From assembly GCA_024227135.1 (NCBI GenBank), contig JAAELC010000373.1, positions 4,162-68,161 of the forward strand: a DNA stretch of 64,000 bases. The letters are read 5' to 3'. Under the pieces are notes generated by a model. That model did no database searches. It was not told the DNA's origin and saw only the letters and a list, made by a program, of their open reading frames with translations. Shown piece by piece: positions 27,424 through 36,857 of the stretch (its first letter is position 1; every line of letters begins with the position of its first letter). The position numbers were made by a program, and so were the translations under genes. This stretch comes from Gammaproteobacteria bacterium (GTDB lineage: Bacteria; Pseudomonadota; Gammaproteobacteria; Chromatiales; Chromatiaceae).

Positions 27424-27939
27424 TCACTCGAAGGCTTTCTGGCTCTTCTTAGACTGGATGGAAATTTTTACCCGCTCTTTTCCCTTCGCACTGGTGCCCG
27501 CACGCACGAGTGACTTGGAACGGTCATAGCTGATACGGTCGCTTTTGAAGCTGTCTTTTCCCTGGAGCAGTACGGCGTTTCCAATCATGTGCAGTATTTC
27601 ACTTTCTGTATCGTACTCGGCAATTCTTGCGCTACCCTCAATGGGCTTTTTCTGATCCTCCATATTTTGCTTGAAAGTCACCGGATTGCCTTCTGCTCGA
27701 ATGTGATTTGCATTTCCAGGTCTCTGGGTGACGGTGACTTTGTCGGCCGTCAAATGAATACTTCCCTGAGTCACATCCACGTTACCCTGGTAGACACTGA
27801 TCCCGGTACCATCATTGATTTCTACACTGTCCGCCTCGATATAGACCGGCTGATTCTTGTCGGACTCCAGGGCTTGCAGCGGCAGCGAAATCAGCAGTAG
27901 AAGGAACAGCGGCAGTGCATTGATTCTATTCGGCTTCAT
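27424..27939 (-). CDS. lptA: LPS transport periplasmic protein LptA
   Basis: 171 aa with a signal peptide and the OstA-like N-terminal motif QPVYIEADSVEINDGTGISVYQGNV. Confidence 0.88.
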   Translation of the reverse strand: MKPNRINALPLFLLLLISLPLQALESDKNQPVYIEADSVEINDGTGISVYQGNVDVTQGSIHLTADKVTVTQRPGNANHIRAEGNPVTFKQNMEDQKKPIEGSARIAEYDTESEILHMIGNAVLLQGKDSFKSDRISYDRSKSLVRAGTSAKGKERVKISIQSKKSQKAFE

Positions 27940-28489
27940 AGCGTCCTCTCACGTCAGCGAGCAGTTTGATTCGCACCGGCTTCTTGAACCAGGTTTGCAT
28001 TCCCGTGGATTCAGCCCAGCTGTTGCGGCTCTCAAGGTACACGTACTCTTCTGTTTCGGCATAATTCTGCTCAGGGTGTATCGTCAGATTTGTCGTCGTT
28101 AAATGCAACGGTTTGATGTCAGGGGCTTCCTCGCGATCAATCTGCACTTTTCCATTGAGCAGGACGATTTCCCTGTCACCCGAGATCCATCCTGTGTCAG
28201 AGGTAATTCTCCAGGGGGGATTTTTTTCTTCGAAGACCGTCATTCTGGGTTTTATCAGTTCGGTGCTGTCGTCATCGGGATAGTGGCGCATTTCTTCCGC
28301 TGACAGGCGCTTGTCCGGCAGCCCATTCAAGCCCATGGTGGTCGCTGTGAACTGCTCCAGAATGAAGTCCGGACTGTGGGGCAGGGGGCTGTACGAAGGT
28401 TCCTCGGTGTTGTACTGCAGCAGCCACCAGCTGCCAGCGGCCAGCAATCCTGCCCCCGCTATGGAGAGGTATCTGGGTGGCAGTGTCAA
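27926..28489 (-). CDS. lptC: LPS export system protein LptC
   Basis: 187 aa with a single N-terminal TM segment. It lies between kdsC and lptA and overlaps both. Confidence 0.8.
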   Translation of the reverse strand: MTLPPRYLSIAGAGLLAAGSWWLLQYNTEEPSYSPLPHSPDFILEQFTATTMGLNGLPDKRLSAEEMRHYPDDDSTELIKPRMTVFEEKNPPWRITSDTGWISGDREIVLLNGKVQIDREEAPDIKPLHLTTTNLTIHPEQNYAETEEYVYLESRNSWAESTGMQTWFKKPVRIKLLADVRGRYEAE

Positions 28490-29007
28490 AGATAGGACTC
28501 CAATGTCGATTTCAGGGTACCCTGGGCCTCCATCAACAGCTCACAAACCTCCCGCGCGGCACCCCGTCCACCGGATGAGGTGGTTATCCAGTGGGCGTGA
28601 CGGTTCACGAACTTATGCCCGTCACTCACACCCACAGCAAGTCCTACCTGGCCCATGATTGGTAAATCCACCACATCGTCACCTACATAGGCGATTTGCT
28701 CGTTTGGCAGCCCTATTTTATCCTTTAAATCTTCGAATGCCGATAGTTTATTCGATTTTCCCTGGTAGATATGCTCAATCCCCAGACTCTTCATTCGTCG
28801 ACTGACCAGCTGGGAGTTGCGTGCTGTAATTATACCGATGGCAACACCCGTAGCCTGGACCATTTTCATGCCCAGGCCATCCTTGGAGTTGAATGCCTTG
28901 AATTCCTCCCCGTCATTTCCCAGGTAGAGGCTGCCGTCTGTCAACACGCCGTCGACATCGAAGATAAGCAGTTTGATCCCGGCTGCTCTTTTCAATATTT
29001 CCTGCAT
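28486..29007 (-). CDS. kdsC: 3-deoxy-D-manno-octulosonate 8-phosphate phosphatase
   Basis: HAD motif LLIFDVDGVLTDG and GDDVVDLP, 173 aa. Confidence 0.9.
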   Translation of the reverse strand: MQEILKRAAGIKLLIFDVDGVLTDGSLYLGNDGEEFKAFNSKDGLGMKMVQATGVAIGIITARNSQLVSRRMKSLGIEHIYQGKSNKLSAFEDLKDKIGLPNEQIAYVGDDVVDLPIMGQVGLAVGVSDGHKFVNRHAHWITTSSGGRGAAREVCELLMEAQGTLKSTLESYL

Positions 29008-29429
29008 GGTAAATCCTCTTTAGTCATCCGCACCGGAACAGCAGCGGCATCCGTGGATTCTCCGAAGCGGCTGATCTCCGCCAGAGAAACTGCGCAAAGA
29101 GATATCTGACTCAGGGGCGGTGACAGACCCGGATTCTGTGTATTTCGGTCCATAGCGATGGCGGGACAGGTGATGTAGCAGAAAGAATGATAACAAATCA
29201 ATGATCATCCAGGTTTCCAGGATCCGAGAAATTGCTGCCTGGCAGGGTCGGAGGAGATCGCTGTGTGCCGGTCAGGGTGGTAAAAAACTTTGCTGATCCC
29301 CGGCCTTTGCAGTTCATTCAGGTATCCCATGCTCACCCTCTATCGGGACTGGCAGCAGGCGGCTTTCGTACCGATTCAGGCATGAGTAGTTGATCTGGAG
29401 GGCTTCAGTCGACGTCATACTGCCTGATT

Positions 29430-30497
29430 TCAGACGACGCCTGCACGCAGCATGTCATGCATATTCAGGGCGCCGACGAGGCGTTTATCCGAATCCACGA
29501 CCAGCAGGGCATTGATCTTGTCGTCCTGCATGATTCTCAATCCCTCAGCAGCCAGAATATGAGACTCCACTGTCCTGCATCCACGGGTAATCACTTCGGA
29601 AATACTGCAGCGGTGAAAATCCACCTCACGGTCCAGGGTACGGCGCAGGTCCCCGTCAGTAAATATTCCAGTCAGTCGTCCATCGTCGTCCACGATGGCT
29701 GTCATGCCCAGCCCTTTATTCGTCATCTCGATCAGCGCCTCCCGAAGCGCAGCAGATTCACTGACCACGGGAATTTTATCCCCTGAGTGCATAATATCCC
29801 CGATATGGAGCAGCAGGCGCCTTCCCAGACTACCTCCGGGGTGGGAACGGGCGAAATCGAGTTCTGTAAAGCCTCTGGCTTCGAGCAGTGCGACCGCAAG
29901 CGCATCCCCCATAGCCAGTGTGGCTGTGGTGCTCGAGGTAGGCGCCAGGTTAAGAGGGCATGCTTCCTGAGCCACGCTCACGTTGATATGCACATCGGCT
30001 TCCCGGGCCAGGTTGGACTCCGGAGCGCCGGTCATGGCAATCAGGGGCGCCCCCAGGCGCTTGATAATGGGGATGATCGTCAACAGCTCTTTGGTTTCCC
30101 CGGAGTTGGAGAGCGCGAGGACCACATCCTCGGCCAGAATCATCCCGAGATCCCCATGGCTGGCCTCCCCGGGGTGAACGAAAAAGGAGGGTGATCCCGT
30201 GCTGGCCAGAGTGGCGGCTATTTTGTTGCCGATGTGCCCGGATTTTCCCATTCCGGTCACCACGATACGGCCTTTGCAGGCAAGCATGAAAAAGCAGGCC
30301 CGGGAAAAGTCCTCTGATATGCTTTCTGTCAGCGCCAGGACAGCGGCCGCTTCGTTCTTGATGACGGCCAGCCCCAGGGCCTGAAGCCGCCTGGACTCCT
30401 CGTTGTCATATTCGGCGGTCAATAGCTCCGTCTCCGATGGAAGAGGGGCGGTTGATTCATGTCCACAGTATGGCTTGTTTGTCGATGAAGTCTGCAC
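29430..30497 (-). CDS. kdsD: Arabinose-5-phosphate isomerase (SIS plus 2x CBS)
   Basis: SIS motif VVTGMGKSGHIGNKIAATLASTGSPSFFVHPGEASHGDLG and C-terminal CBS pair. The N-terminus is about 30 aa longer than usual, so the start is uncertain. Confidence 0.88.
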   Translation of the reverse strand: MQTSSTNKPYCGHESTAPLPSETELLTAEYDNEESRRLQALGLAVIKNEAAAVLALTESISEDFSRACFFMLACKGRIVVTGMGKSGHIGNKIAATLASTGSPSFFVHPGEASHGDLGMILAEDVVLALSNSGETKELLTIIPIIKRLGAPLIAMTGAPESNLAREADVHINVSVAQEACPLNLAPTSSTTATLAMGDALAVALLEARGFTELDFARSHPGGSLGRRLLLHIGDIMHSGDKIPVVSESAALREALIEMTNKGLGMTAIVDDDGRLTGIFTDGDLRRTLDREVDFHRCSISEVITRGCRTVESHILAAEGLRIMQDDKINALLVVDSDKRLVGALNMHDMLRAGVV

Positions 30498-30500
30498 GAC

Positions 30501-30941
30501 TCAGTCAATGAAGAACTGTTGGCTCAGTGCCGCCCTGATTGTGTTGTCAGTGCCTTCCGGAATTACCTCCATCCGAAAGGTCAGTGTCTCCCGGTTGATG
30601 ATCGGAAACTCACCAATGTAATAGATGGCCTCTTCCTCTTTGATCTCCCGCATCGCTATGGTGCGGGACTGGTCGAGTAGATTGGTGGCCACCACCTTTA
30701 CCTGGCCCTTTACAGGTTGTCCCGTGGTCCCTTCCAACGTTCTGATTATGCTGACGTTGAGTAACCCCCGGTATTTACTGCGAATGATGCTGTAGCTGCT
30801 GGCAATGGCAGGTGTCAGCATCGCGGTGGGTATGGCGTTGTGGTGAACAGTGTATCCAGGTGCCCGGGTGCTGTTCTCTGCGGATGCGAACAACGGAAGC
30901 AATAAAAGCGCTACCAGAAGCGTCGATATGTGTCTCATCAT
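30501..30941 (-). CDS. Secreted DUF4426-like protein
   Basis: 146 aa with signal peptide LLVALLLLPLFASA. Its pattern (YTVHHNAIPTAMLTPAIASSY) resembles DUF4426 proteins. It ends 3 bp before the kdsD start. Confidence 0.55.
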   Translation of the reverse strand: MMRHISTLLVALLLLPLFASAENSTRAPGYTVHHNAIPTAMLTPAIASSYSIIRSKYRGLLNVSIIRTLEGTTGQPVKGQVKVVATNLLDQSRTIAMREIKEEEAIYYIGEFPIINRETLTFRMEVIPEGTDNTIRAALSQQFFID

Positions 30942-31009
30942 TTGCCATTCTCCAGGCAGTGACTGGTTTGGGAAGGGCTACTATACCTTACCCGGCAAAA
31001 TAATGGGCC

Positions 31010-32986
31010 TCAGGAGGTGGCGGGTGCGGCGGCAGGTTTTCCTTGGACTGGTTTGTTGACCGGCGTGGGGAAGGCCTGCCCGGCTTTATGGAGCAGGTAA
31101 CGCAGAAAGACCTGCTGTTTCCCGTTGGATTCTTTCTGATGCCTCAATTCGTTGATTCTATCCTTCAAGGTATCCCGTGACTGGCTGATTCTCTGTAAAT
31201 CCCTCAGTTGGTTCTCGATTCGTTCCCGATGAGCATGCATGTGCCCAACCAGCGGGTCGAGCACGAAATTCAGCCAGTCTTCGACCTCGGTGCGGACTCT
31301 ATCGAAGATTGTTCTTGCCCGCTCCACCAGTGCCAGAAAGAATTTCTTGATAACGAAGTGCTTCTCCGTTGCCGCGGTTCTGGGGCTGTTGCGGTAAATC
31401 TCGGCTTCCTGATACAGCAGTTCCAGTTCCACCCGGTAGCGCATGATGGAGAACATCTTGGGATGCAGGCGAAAATCCTGCTCAGCCTGGAATCGGTGAT
31501 AAATGCCACGCACCATTCGCCGGGTCTGTTCGCTTTCTTTGACGGCTTGCTGCATATCTCTGCGCATCTGGTCGAACAGCCCCCGCATGTTGTGCTGCAA
31601 TCCCCGGGTGGTCCAGTTCCCTGACATTTTCTGGCGGGTTTCCTCGATGGTTTGTTCCAGTTGTCGGGTATTGAGAAGTTGGCGCAGTTTCTGGGAGTGG
31701 ACCTCCAGCATTCGGCGGCTGATTTTAAAATCCCCCAGGTTTTTCTTGTAGTTTTGGTGTTGTTCCTGGGTGTCTTGGGACATCTGCTCGACCGCTTTCC
31801 AGCTGCTGCCGCTGAGGCTGCCCAGTTGGGCAAGCTGGTGTTCGATACCATCGTGTCTGTTTTCAATCAGACCGAGGCTGTTTTCCAGCATTTCGGCTAG
31901 ATCGGCAGTGACCGTTTCCCTGGCGATGTCGCCACGAATTCGAAGCAGATGCCGGGACAGGTAGTTTTCCAGGGAGTCGAGGGCACTTTGTTGCTGCAGC
32001 TCCCGATTACCGCTGACTTTTGCCAGCAGTCCTTTTTGTGCAGAGACCGGGAAGACCAGCTGGCTGGAGATGCCCAGGGTCCGGGCACTTTCCTCCCGCT
32101 GCCGGTCAATGGTTTCGAGAATGGCCTTTTCGTCCCGCAATTCATCCCACAGGGTATCGATCTTGTTCATCACAACCATCAGACGCTGCCGGCTGCGTTG
32201 ACTGAATCCCTTGAGGTACTTGGTCCATATCTCCAGGTCGCTGCGGGTGACTCCCGTATCCGCGGCAAGGACGAACAGAATGACCTGGGCGGAAGGCAGC
32301 ATGTTGAGGGTGAGTTCGGGTTCGGTGCCCAGTGCATTCAGACCGGGCGTATCGAATATGGTCAATCCTTGCTTGAGCAGAGGATGGGGAAAGGAAATCA
32401 ACGCGTGTCGCCACCGCGGAATTTCCACTATGTCTGGTATTCTGCCTCGCAGGTAGTCCTGTCCGAGGTCATGCAGTCCCAGGGAAATTGCCTTATCCTT
32501 GGTGACGCGCTGCATCCTGATCACTTCATGCAGGCAACGCTGGATCTGATCCGGGGAACCGAGGTCCAGAAATCTGGTATCCCAGGCATCCGGGCTTTTT
32601 TTAAGTTGTTCCAGGCTGACATCCTGGAATCGGGTTTCAATGGGCAAGAGCCTGATATAGGGCCGGTTTACCTGATGGTCATAGAAGATTTCGGTCGGAC
32701 ACATGGTTGTGCGCCCGGCCCCCGATGGGAGCAGACGCTGGCCGCAATCAGAAAAGAATAGCGCATTGATCAACTCGCTTTTGCCCCGGGAGAACTCGGC
32801 TACGAAGGCGATGTTGAGTCGATCGTTGTCGAGAGATTCCCGGCATTTTTCCAGCCTTGTTTCATCTTCAGAGTCTCCGAGTCCGTATTCCCGCAACCAC
32901 TCCCGGTATTCATCCATGACCCCGGTGAGGGATGTCTTCCGGTTTTCGAAGTTCTGAAACTGCAATTTCAGGTTAGCGTTTTCCAT
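31010..32986 (-). CDS. Bacterial dynamin-like GTPase
   Basis: G1 AEFSRGKSELINALF, G3 IFDTPGLNALG and G4 VMNKID, followed by a long helical C-terminal region. GAGG precedes the ATG at 32986 (MENANLKLQ). The track ORF extends to 33064. Confidence 0.8.
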   Translation of the reverse strand: MENANLKLQFQNFENRKTSLTGVMDEYREWLREYGLGDSEDETRLEKCRESLDNDRLNIAFVAEFSRGKSELINALFFSDCGQRLLPSGAGRTTMCPTEIFYDHQVNRPYIRLLPIETRFQDVSLEQLKKSPDAWDTRFLDLGSPDQIQRCLHEVIRMQRVTKDKAISLGLHDLGQDYLRGRIPDIVEIPRWRHALISFPHPLLKQGLTIFDTPGLNALGTEPELTLNMLPSAQVILFVLAADTGVTRSDLEIWTKYLKGFSQRSRQRLMVVMNKIDTLWDELRDEKAILETIDRQREESARTLGISSQLVFPVSAQKGLLAKVSGNRELQQQSALDSLENYLSRHLLRIRGDIARETVTADLAEMLENSLGLIENRHDGIEHQLAQLGSLSGSSWKAVEQMSQDTQEQHQNYKKNLGDFKISRRMLEVHSQKLRQLLNTRQLEQTIEETRQKMSGNWTTRGLQHNMRGLFDQMRRDMQQAVKESEQTRRMVRGIYHRFQAEQDFRLHPKMFSIMRYRVELELLYQEAEIYRNSPRTAATEKHFVIKKFFLALVERARTIFDRVRTEVEDWLNFVLDPLVGHMHAHRERIENQLRDLQRISQSRDTLKDRINELRHQKESNGKQQVFLRYLLHKAGQAFPTPVNKPVQGKPAAAPATS

Positions 32987-33207
32987 TGACCTCGTTACAT
33001 ACCTCTTCTTCCCCGTCGGGAGACGATGGAAATGGTCTGTAAAGTTGTTGCACTGGCACCGCACCGGTCATGGTATCAGAGCCAGCCACTGTTTCTCGAA
33101 GCGGCGGTCCAGCTGATTTCTTGAGTAGCGATGCTGTGGGTTAGTGTCCCCGGTGTATGAATGAGATCATTATCCACCCAGCGATACCAGCGTTTCCTCA
33201 ACGGGTG

Positions 33208-33786
33208 TCACCGAAAGGGGGTCGCGACCAGTAATTGAATGGGAGGAAGCAGCAGCATCTTGAGGAGCACCAGGCCGATCATCACCAGCATCGGGGACAG
33301 ATCCAGTCCCCCCATGGCCGGCAGCATTCTTCTCGCCGGTCCCAGCAGGGGTTCGGTCAGGCTGTGCAGTAATCCAATCAGAGGGTTGTAGTTGCCTGGG
33401 TTGATCCAGCTGATGATGACCTGGATCAGAATAGCGTAAAGGAACACATTGATCAGCAGGGATATCAGTTCTGGAATAGACCATGCCAGCGCTGAGATTG
33501 GGCTGGCGTCGACGTTGCTGAGTACGATGATCAGGCCCAGTTCCAGGCTTTTCAGCAGCCACATCAACACGACAGAAGCGATATCCAGGCCCGCAATCCC
33601 GGGAATAATCCGGCGTAGCGGGAGCAATGCCGGTGTGGTGACCTTCACGATGAACTGGGACGCAGGATTATAGAAATCCGCTTGTACCCACTGAAGCAGG
33701 AACCTCAACATCACCACCAGGATGTAGGCTCCAAAAACGACCTGGATGAGAAATATGATTGGATTGGTAACGTAAGAGCCACCCAT
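33208..33786 (-). CDS. yggT: YggT family membrane protein
   Basis: 192 aa with duplicated YggT repeats (LRFLLQWVQADFYNP and PLRRIIP). Confidence 0.85.
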   Translation of the reverse strand: MGGSYVTNPIIFLIQVVFGAYILVVMLRFLLQWVQADFYNPASQFIVKVTTPALLPLRRIIPGIAGLDIASVVLMWLLKSLELGLIIVLSNVDASPISALAWSIPELISLLINVFLYAILIQVIISWINPGNYNPLIGLLHSLTEPLLGPARRMLPAMGGLDLSPMLVMIGLVLLKMLLLPPIQLLVATPFR

Positions 33787-34613
33787 TATTGTTCTCCCAG
33801 CAAACTGGACAGTTCGACAGAACGGTCCCGGGCCTGAAACAGAGCTTTTTGAAAAAGGCCGCGTAGATCTTCGTCTTCGAATACCGCCAGGGCTTTTTCT
33901 GTGGTACCTCCGGGAGAGGTCACCCGCTCCCGGAGAACTCCCGGACCATCGCTGCTTTCCATGGCCATTCGGGCTGCTCCCAGGGCAGTTTGAAGGGTCA
34001 GCAACCGAGCGGTATCTTTAGACAACCCCATGTCGAGGCCAGCCTGCTCCATTGCCTCCATGACCAGAAAAAAGTAAGCCGGGCCGCTGCCGGAAAGGGC
34101 AGTCACCGCATCCATCTGGTCTTCGTTCTTTACCCACCGGGTCAGGCCCACGGCTCGCAGAATTGATTCAGCCAGGTTTTTTTGTTCTTCCGTCACCCCC
34201 GGGCCTGCGTGGAGTACAGTGGCGCCAGCCTGGAGCATGGCCGGTGTATTGGGCATACTTCGGATCAAGGCAACGCCGCCGCCCAGCCATGATTGGAGAT
34301 CTTTCTCCCGGACCCCTGCTGCGATGGAAATGACCAGAGGTTTCCTGGCTTGTATCTGCTCAGATATGTCGGCCGCCACAGTCTTGAGCATCTGGGGCTT
34401 AACCGCAAGAACGACGATATCCGATTCTCCGATGGCATCCTGATTACTGGCTGCCGAGCGAATCCCCACCATGGCCGCAAGGCCGGCAAGTTTTTCTCCG
34501 TCCGGGTCGCTGGCGATGATTCTATGGGGATCATAGTGGTCAGACACCAGCCCGTTGATCAGGCTGGCTGCCATGTTTCCACCACCGATAAACGCGATGG
34601 TCCTGCTGCTCAT
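33786..34613 (-). CDS. proC: Pyrroline-5-carboxylate reductase
   Basis: IAFIGGGNMAASLINGL Rossmann motif and C-terminal SPGGTTEKAL. The ATG at 34613 is preferred because the track start at 34646 is a TTG. Confidence 0.9.
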   Translation of the reverse strand: MSSRTIAFIGGGNMAASLINGLVSDHYDPHRIIASDPDGEKLAGLAAMVGIRSAASNQDAIGESDIVVLAVKPQMLKTVAADISEQIQARKPLVISIAAGVREKDLQSWLGGGVALIRSMPNTPAMLQAGATVLHAGPGVTEEQKNLAESILRAVGLTRWVKNEDQMDAVTALSGSGPAYFFLVMEAMEQAGLDMGLSKDTARLLTLQTALGAARMAMESSDGPGVLRERVTSPGGTTEKALAVFEDEDLRGLFQKALFQARDRSVELSSLLGEQ

Positions 34614-34712
34614 GTCCGGAAGCCTTCCGGTCTGTTGGTCGTTCAAAGCTCAAGTTCCTCAATGATATTGCATTGATAATAATGGTTGTTATGCCGAAGA
34701 AATTGACAGTTG

Positions 34713-35423
34713 TCAGGTAGGGTCCGGCTGTTTTCCGGCTGCTGGCTGGCGTGGGCCGAATATCGCTGTTCCTACCCGGATCATAGTGGCGCCTTCGGCT
34801 ATTGCTGCTTCCAGGTCTGCCGACATGCCCATGGAAAGCGTTTCCAGAGGGACCGCGGTAGTTGCGAGTCTATCCCGTAACAGGCGCAACAGCCGGAATG
34901 GGCGGCGCTGAGATTCAATGTCCGGTGTCGGCGCCGGAATTGCCATCAGGCCGCGAATTCGCAGATTCGGAAACATCCCGGCTTTTGCAACGAGTTCTGC
35001 CGCCCCCTCCCCGGTCAGGCCACCCTTGCTCTCTTCCTGGTCCAGGTTGATCTGGAGACAGACATTGAGGGGCGAAAGATGCTCGGGGCGTTGGTCACCG
35101 AGGCGTCGCAGTAGTTTCAACTTATCGACACTGTGCACCCAATCGAAGTTCTCGGCGATTGGCCGGGTCTTATTACTCTGAATTCGGCCTATATAATGCC
35201 ATTTTGCAGGGGTTTCGGCGAGTTGGTCAATTTTCTCCAGGGCATCCTGGAGGTAGTTTTCACCAAATGCGGTCTGCCCTGCGTCCAACGCCTGGTGGAT
35301 ATCGGAGGCGGGTCGGGTCTTGCTCACAGCCATTAATTCCACTGAACCAGCCGGACGACCATAAAGCTGCTCTGCTCGGGTAATACGTTCGCGCACGGCT
35401 TCCATTCGCCTGACGATGGACAT
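34713..35423 (-). CDS. yggS: PLP-binding protein YggS
   Basis: LMAVSKTRPASDI (PLP-binding Lys) and GENYLQDA motifs. Alternative starts lie at 35453 and 35480. The ATG at 35423 gives a typical length of about 236 aa. Confidence 0.85.
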   Translation of the reverse strand: MSIVRRMEAVRERITRAEQLYGRPAGSVELMAVSKTRPASDIHQALDAGQTAFGENYLQDALEKIDQLAETPAKWHYIGRIQSNKTRPIAENFDWVHSVDKLKLLRRLGDQRPEHLSPLNVCLQINLDQEESKGGLTGEGAAELVAKAGMFPNLRIRGLMAIPAPTPDIESQRRPFRLLRLLRDRLATTAVPLETLSMGMSADLEAAIAEGATMIRVGTAIFGPRQPAAGKQPDPT

Positions 35424-35616
35424 CCTGGGGACCGTTTGGGCAATATGATTCATGGTGCGCTTACCATTGGACTGTCTCATTGGCCATTATTAAAGCAAAA
35501 AGTGGCGGTTGCCGTTACGGAATTTTGATTTTGTCACTATTGTGGTGCACTGTAGCCATGAATTGCAAAATCGGTTGAGTATTCCACTAAATTGAATTTG
35601 CATGGGGATGAATTGA

Positions 35617-36654
35617 ATGGACATCGCTGAACTACTCGCTTTCAGTGTTAAACACGAAGCTTCAGATTTACATCTGTCTTCCGGGTTGCCACCCATGATC
35701 CGGGTGGATGGGGATATCCGACGGATCAACGTTCCGGCTCTGGAGCACAAAACGGTCCACGAGCTTGTCTACGACATCATGAACGACAAGCAGCGCAAGG
35801 ATTATGAAGAGTTTCTCGAAACGGACTTTTCCTTCGAAATCCCGGGGCTGGCGCGATTTCGTGTCAACGCTTTCAACCAGGACCGGGGGGCGGCTGCGGT
35901 CTTTCGAACCATTCCATCCAAGGTACTGACGCTGGAAGATCTGGGATGTCCGGATACCTTTCGCGACATCGTCAACGTACCCCGGGGGCTGGTTCTGGTA
36001 ACAGGCCCGACCGGATCCGGTAAGTCTACGACGCTGGCGGCTATGGTGGACTACAAGAACGACAACGATTATGCCCACATTCTGACCATCGAAGATCCCA
36101 TTGAGTTTGTGCATGTCAGCAAAAAGAGTCTCATAAACCAGCGAGAGGTGCATAGGGATACCCTGGGCTTTGCGGAGGCGCTTCGTTCAGCACTGCGTGA
36201 AGACCCTGATATCATCCTGGTCGGTGAGCTGCGGGATCTTGAGACCATTCGCCTGGCATTGACCGCTGCGGAGACCGGACATCTGGTCTTCGGTACCTTG
36301 CACACCAGTTCGGCCGCCAAGACGATCGACCGTATTATCGACGTTTTCCCGGCAGCGGAGAAGGGCATGGTGCGCTCCATGCTTTCGGAGTCGCTGCGGT
36401 CGGTGATTGCTCAATCGCTGCTGAAGAAGATTGGCGGGGGACGGACTGCCGCCTGGGAAATCATGGTGGGAACTCCGGCAATCCGAAACCTGATTCGTGA
36501 AGACAAAGTGGCTCAGATGTACTCATCGATTCAAACCGGTCAGGCCCATGGTATGCAGACGCTGGACCAGCACCTGCTGGAACTGGTAAAAAAGGGTATG
36601 ATTAGTCGACTGGATGCCCAATCGAAGGCGGCAAACAAAGATGTTTTCAACTAA
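35617..36654 (+). CDS. pilT: Type IV pilus retraction ATPase PilT
   Basis: 345 aa with ASDLHLSSGLPPMIRVDGD, Walker A GPTGSGKST and the PilT signature AHGMQTLDQ. Confidence 0.95.
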   Translation: MDIAELLAFSVKHEASDLHLSSGLPPMIRVDGDIRRINVPALEHKTVHELVYDIMNDKQRKDYEEFLETDFSFEIPGLARFRVNAFNQDRGAAAVFRTIPSKVLTLEDLGCPDTFRDIVNVPRGLVLVTGPTGSGKSTTLAAMVDYKNDNDYAHILTIEDPIEFVHVSKKSLINQREVHRDTLGFAEALRSALREDPDIILVGELRDLETIRLALTAAETGHLVFGTLHTSSAAKTIDRIIDVFPAAEKGMVRSMLSESLRSVIAQSLLKKIGGGRTAAWEIMVGTPAIRNLIREDKVAQMYSSIQTGQAHGMQTLDQHLLELVKKGMISRLDAQSKAANKDVFN

Positions 36655-36658
36655 GGGT

Positions 36659-36827
36659 CGCGGAAATCAATAAATGTCCAGAAATTGCGCTGGATTTTGG
36701 TTCAGATTCAAGGCGTGGAAAGGGGCGCATAGTTGTTCTATGCAACCTTTTCCACAACGCGGAAACTGGGCCAAAAGACCAGCAAGACTGGATAACTATT
36801 TTTTTTCCGCGGCCCTAAGCCTGCTCG
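36659..36827 (+). repeat. Intergenic structured repeat element, copy B (fills the pilT-pilU spacer)
   Basis: Homologous to 24344..24508 on the minus strand. The central hairpin at 36715-36755 is GTGGAAAGG-ggc-GCATAG-ttgtt-CTATGC-aa-CCTTTTCCAC. CGCGGAAA at 36659 and 36758 can each pair with TTTCCGCG at about 36805. Confidence 0.8.
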
Positions 36828-36857
36828 AAGTCGAGTGATGGGAAAAGGGGGGTAGTC

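Noticed and set aside
28992-29208. Small ORFs 28992..29201 and 29020..29208 in the kdsD-kdsC gap, and 24298..24521 in the hpf-ptsN gap.
   Set aside because: They lack an RBS and overlap each other or the downstream start codon. Their sequences are Cys/Arg/Pro-rich with no motifs. The hpf-ptsN ORFs run across the repeat element, whose conservation pattern is structural rather than codon-like.
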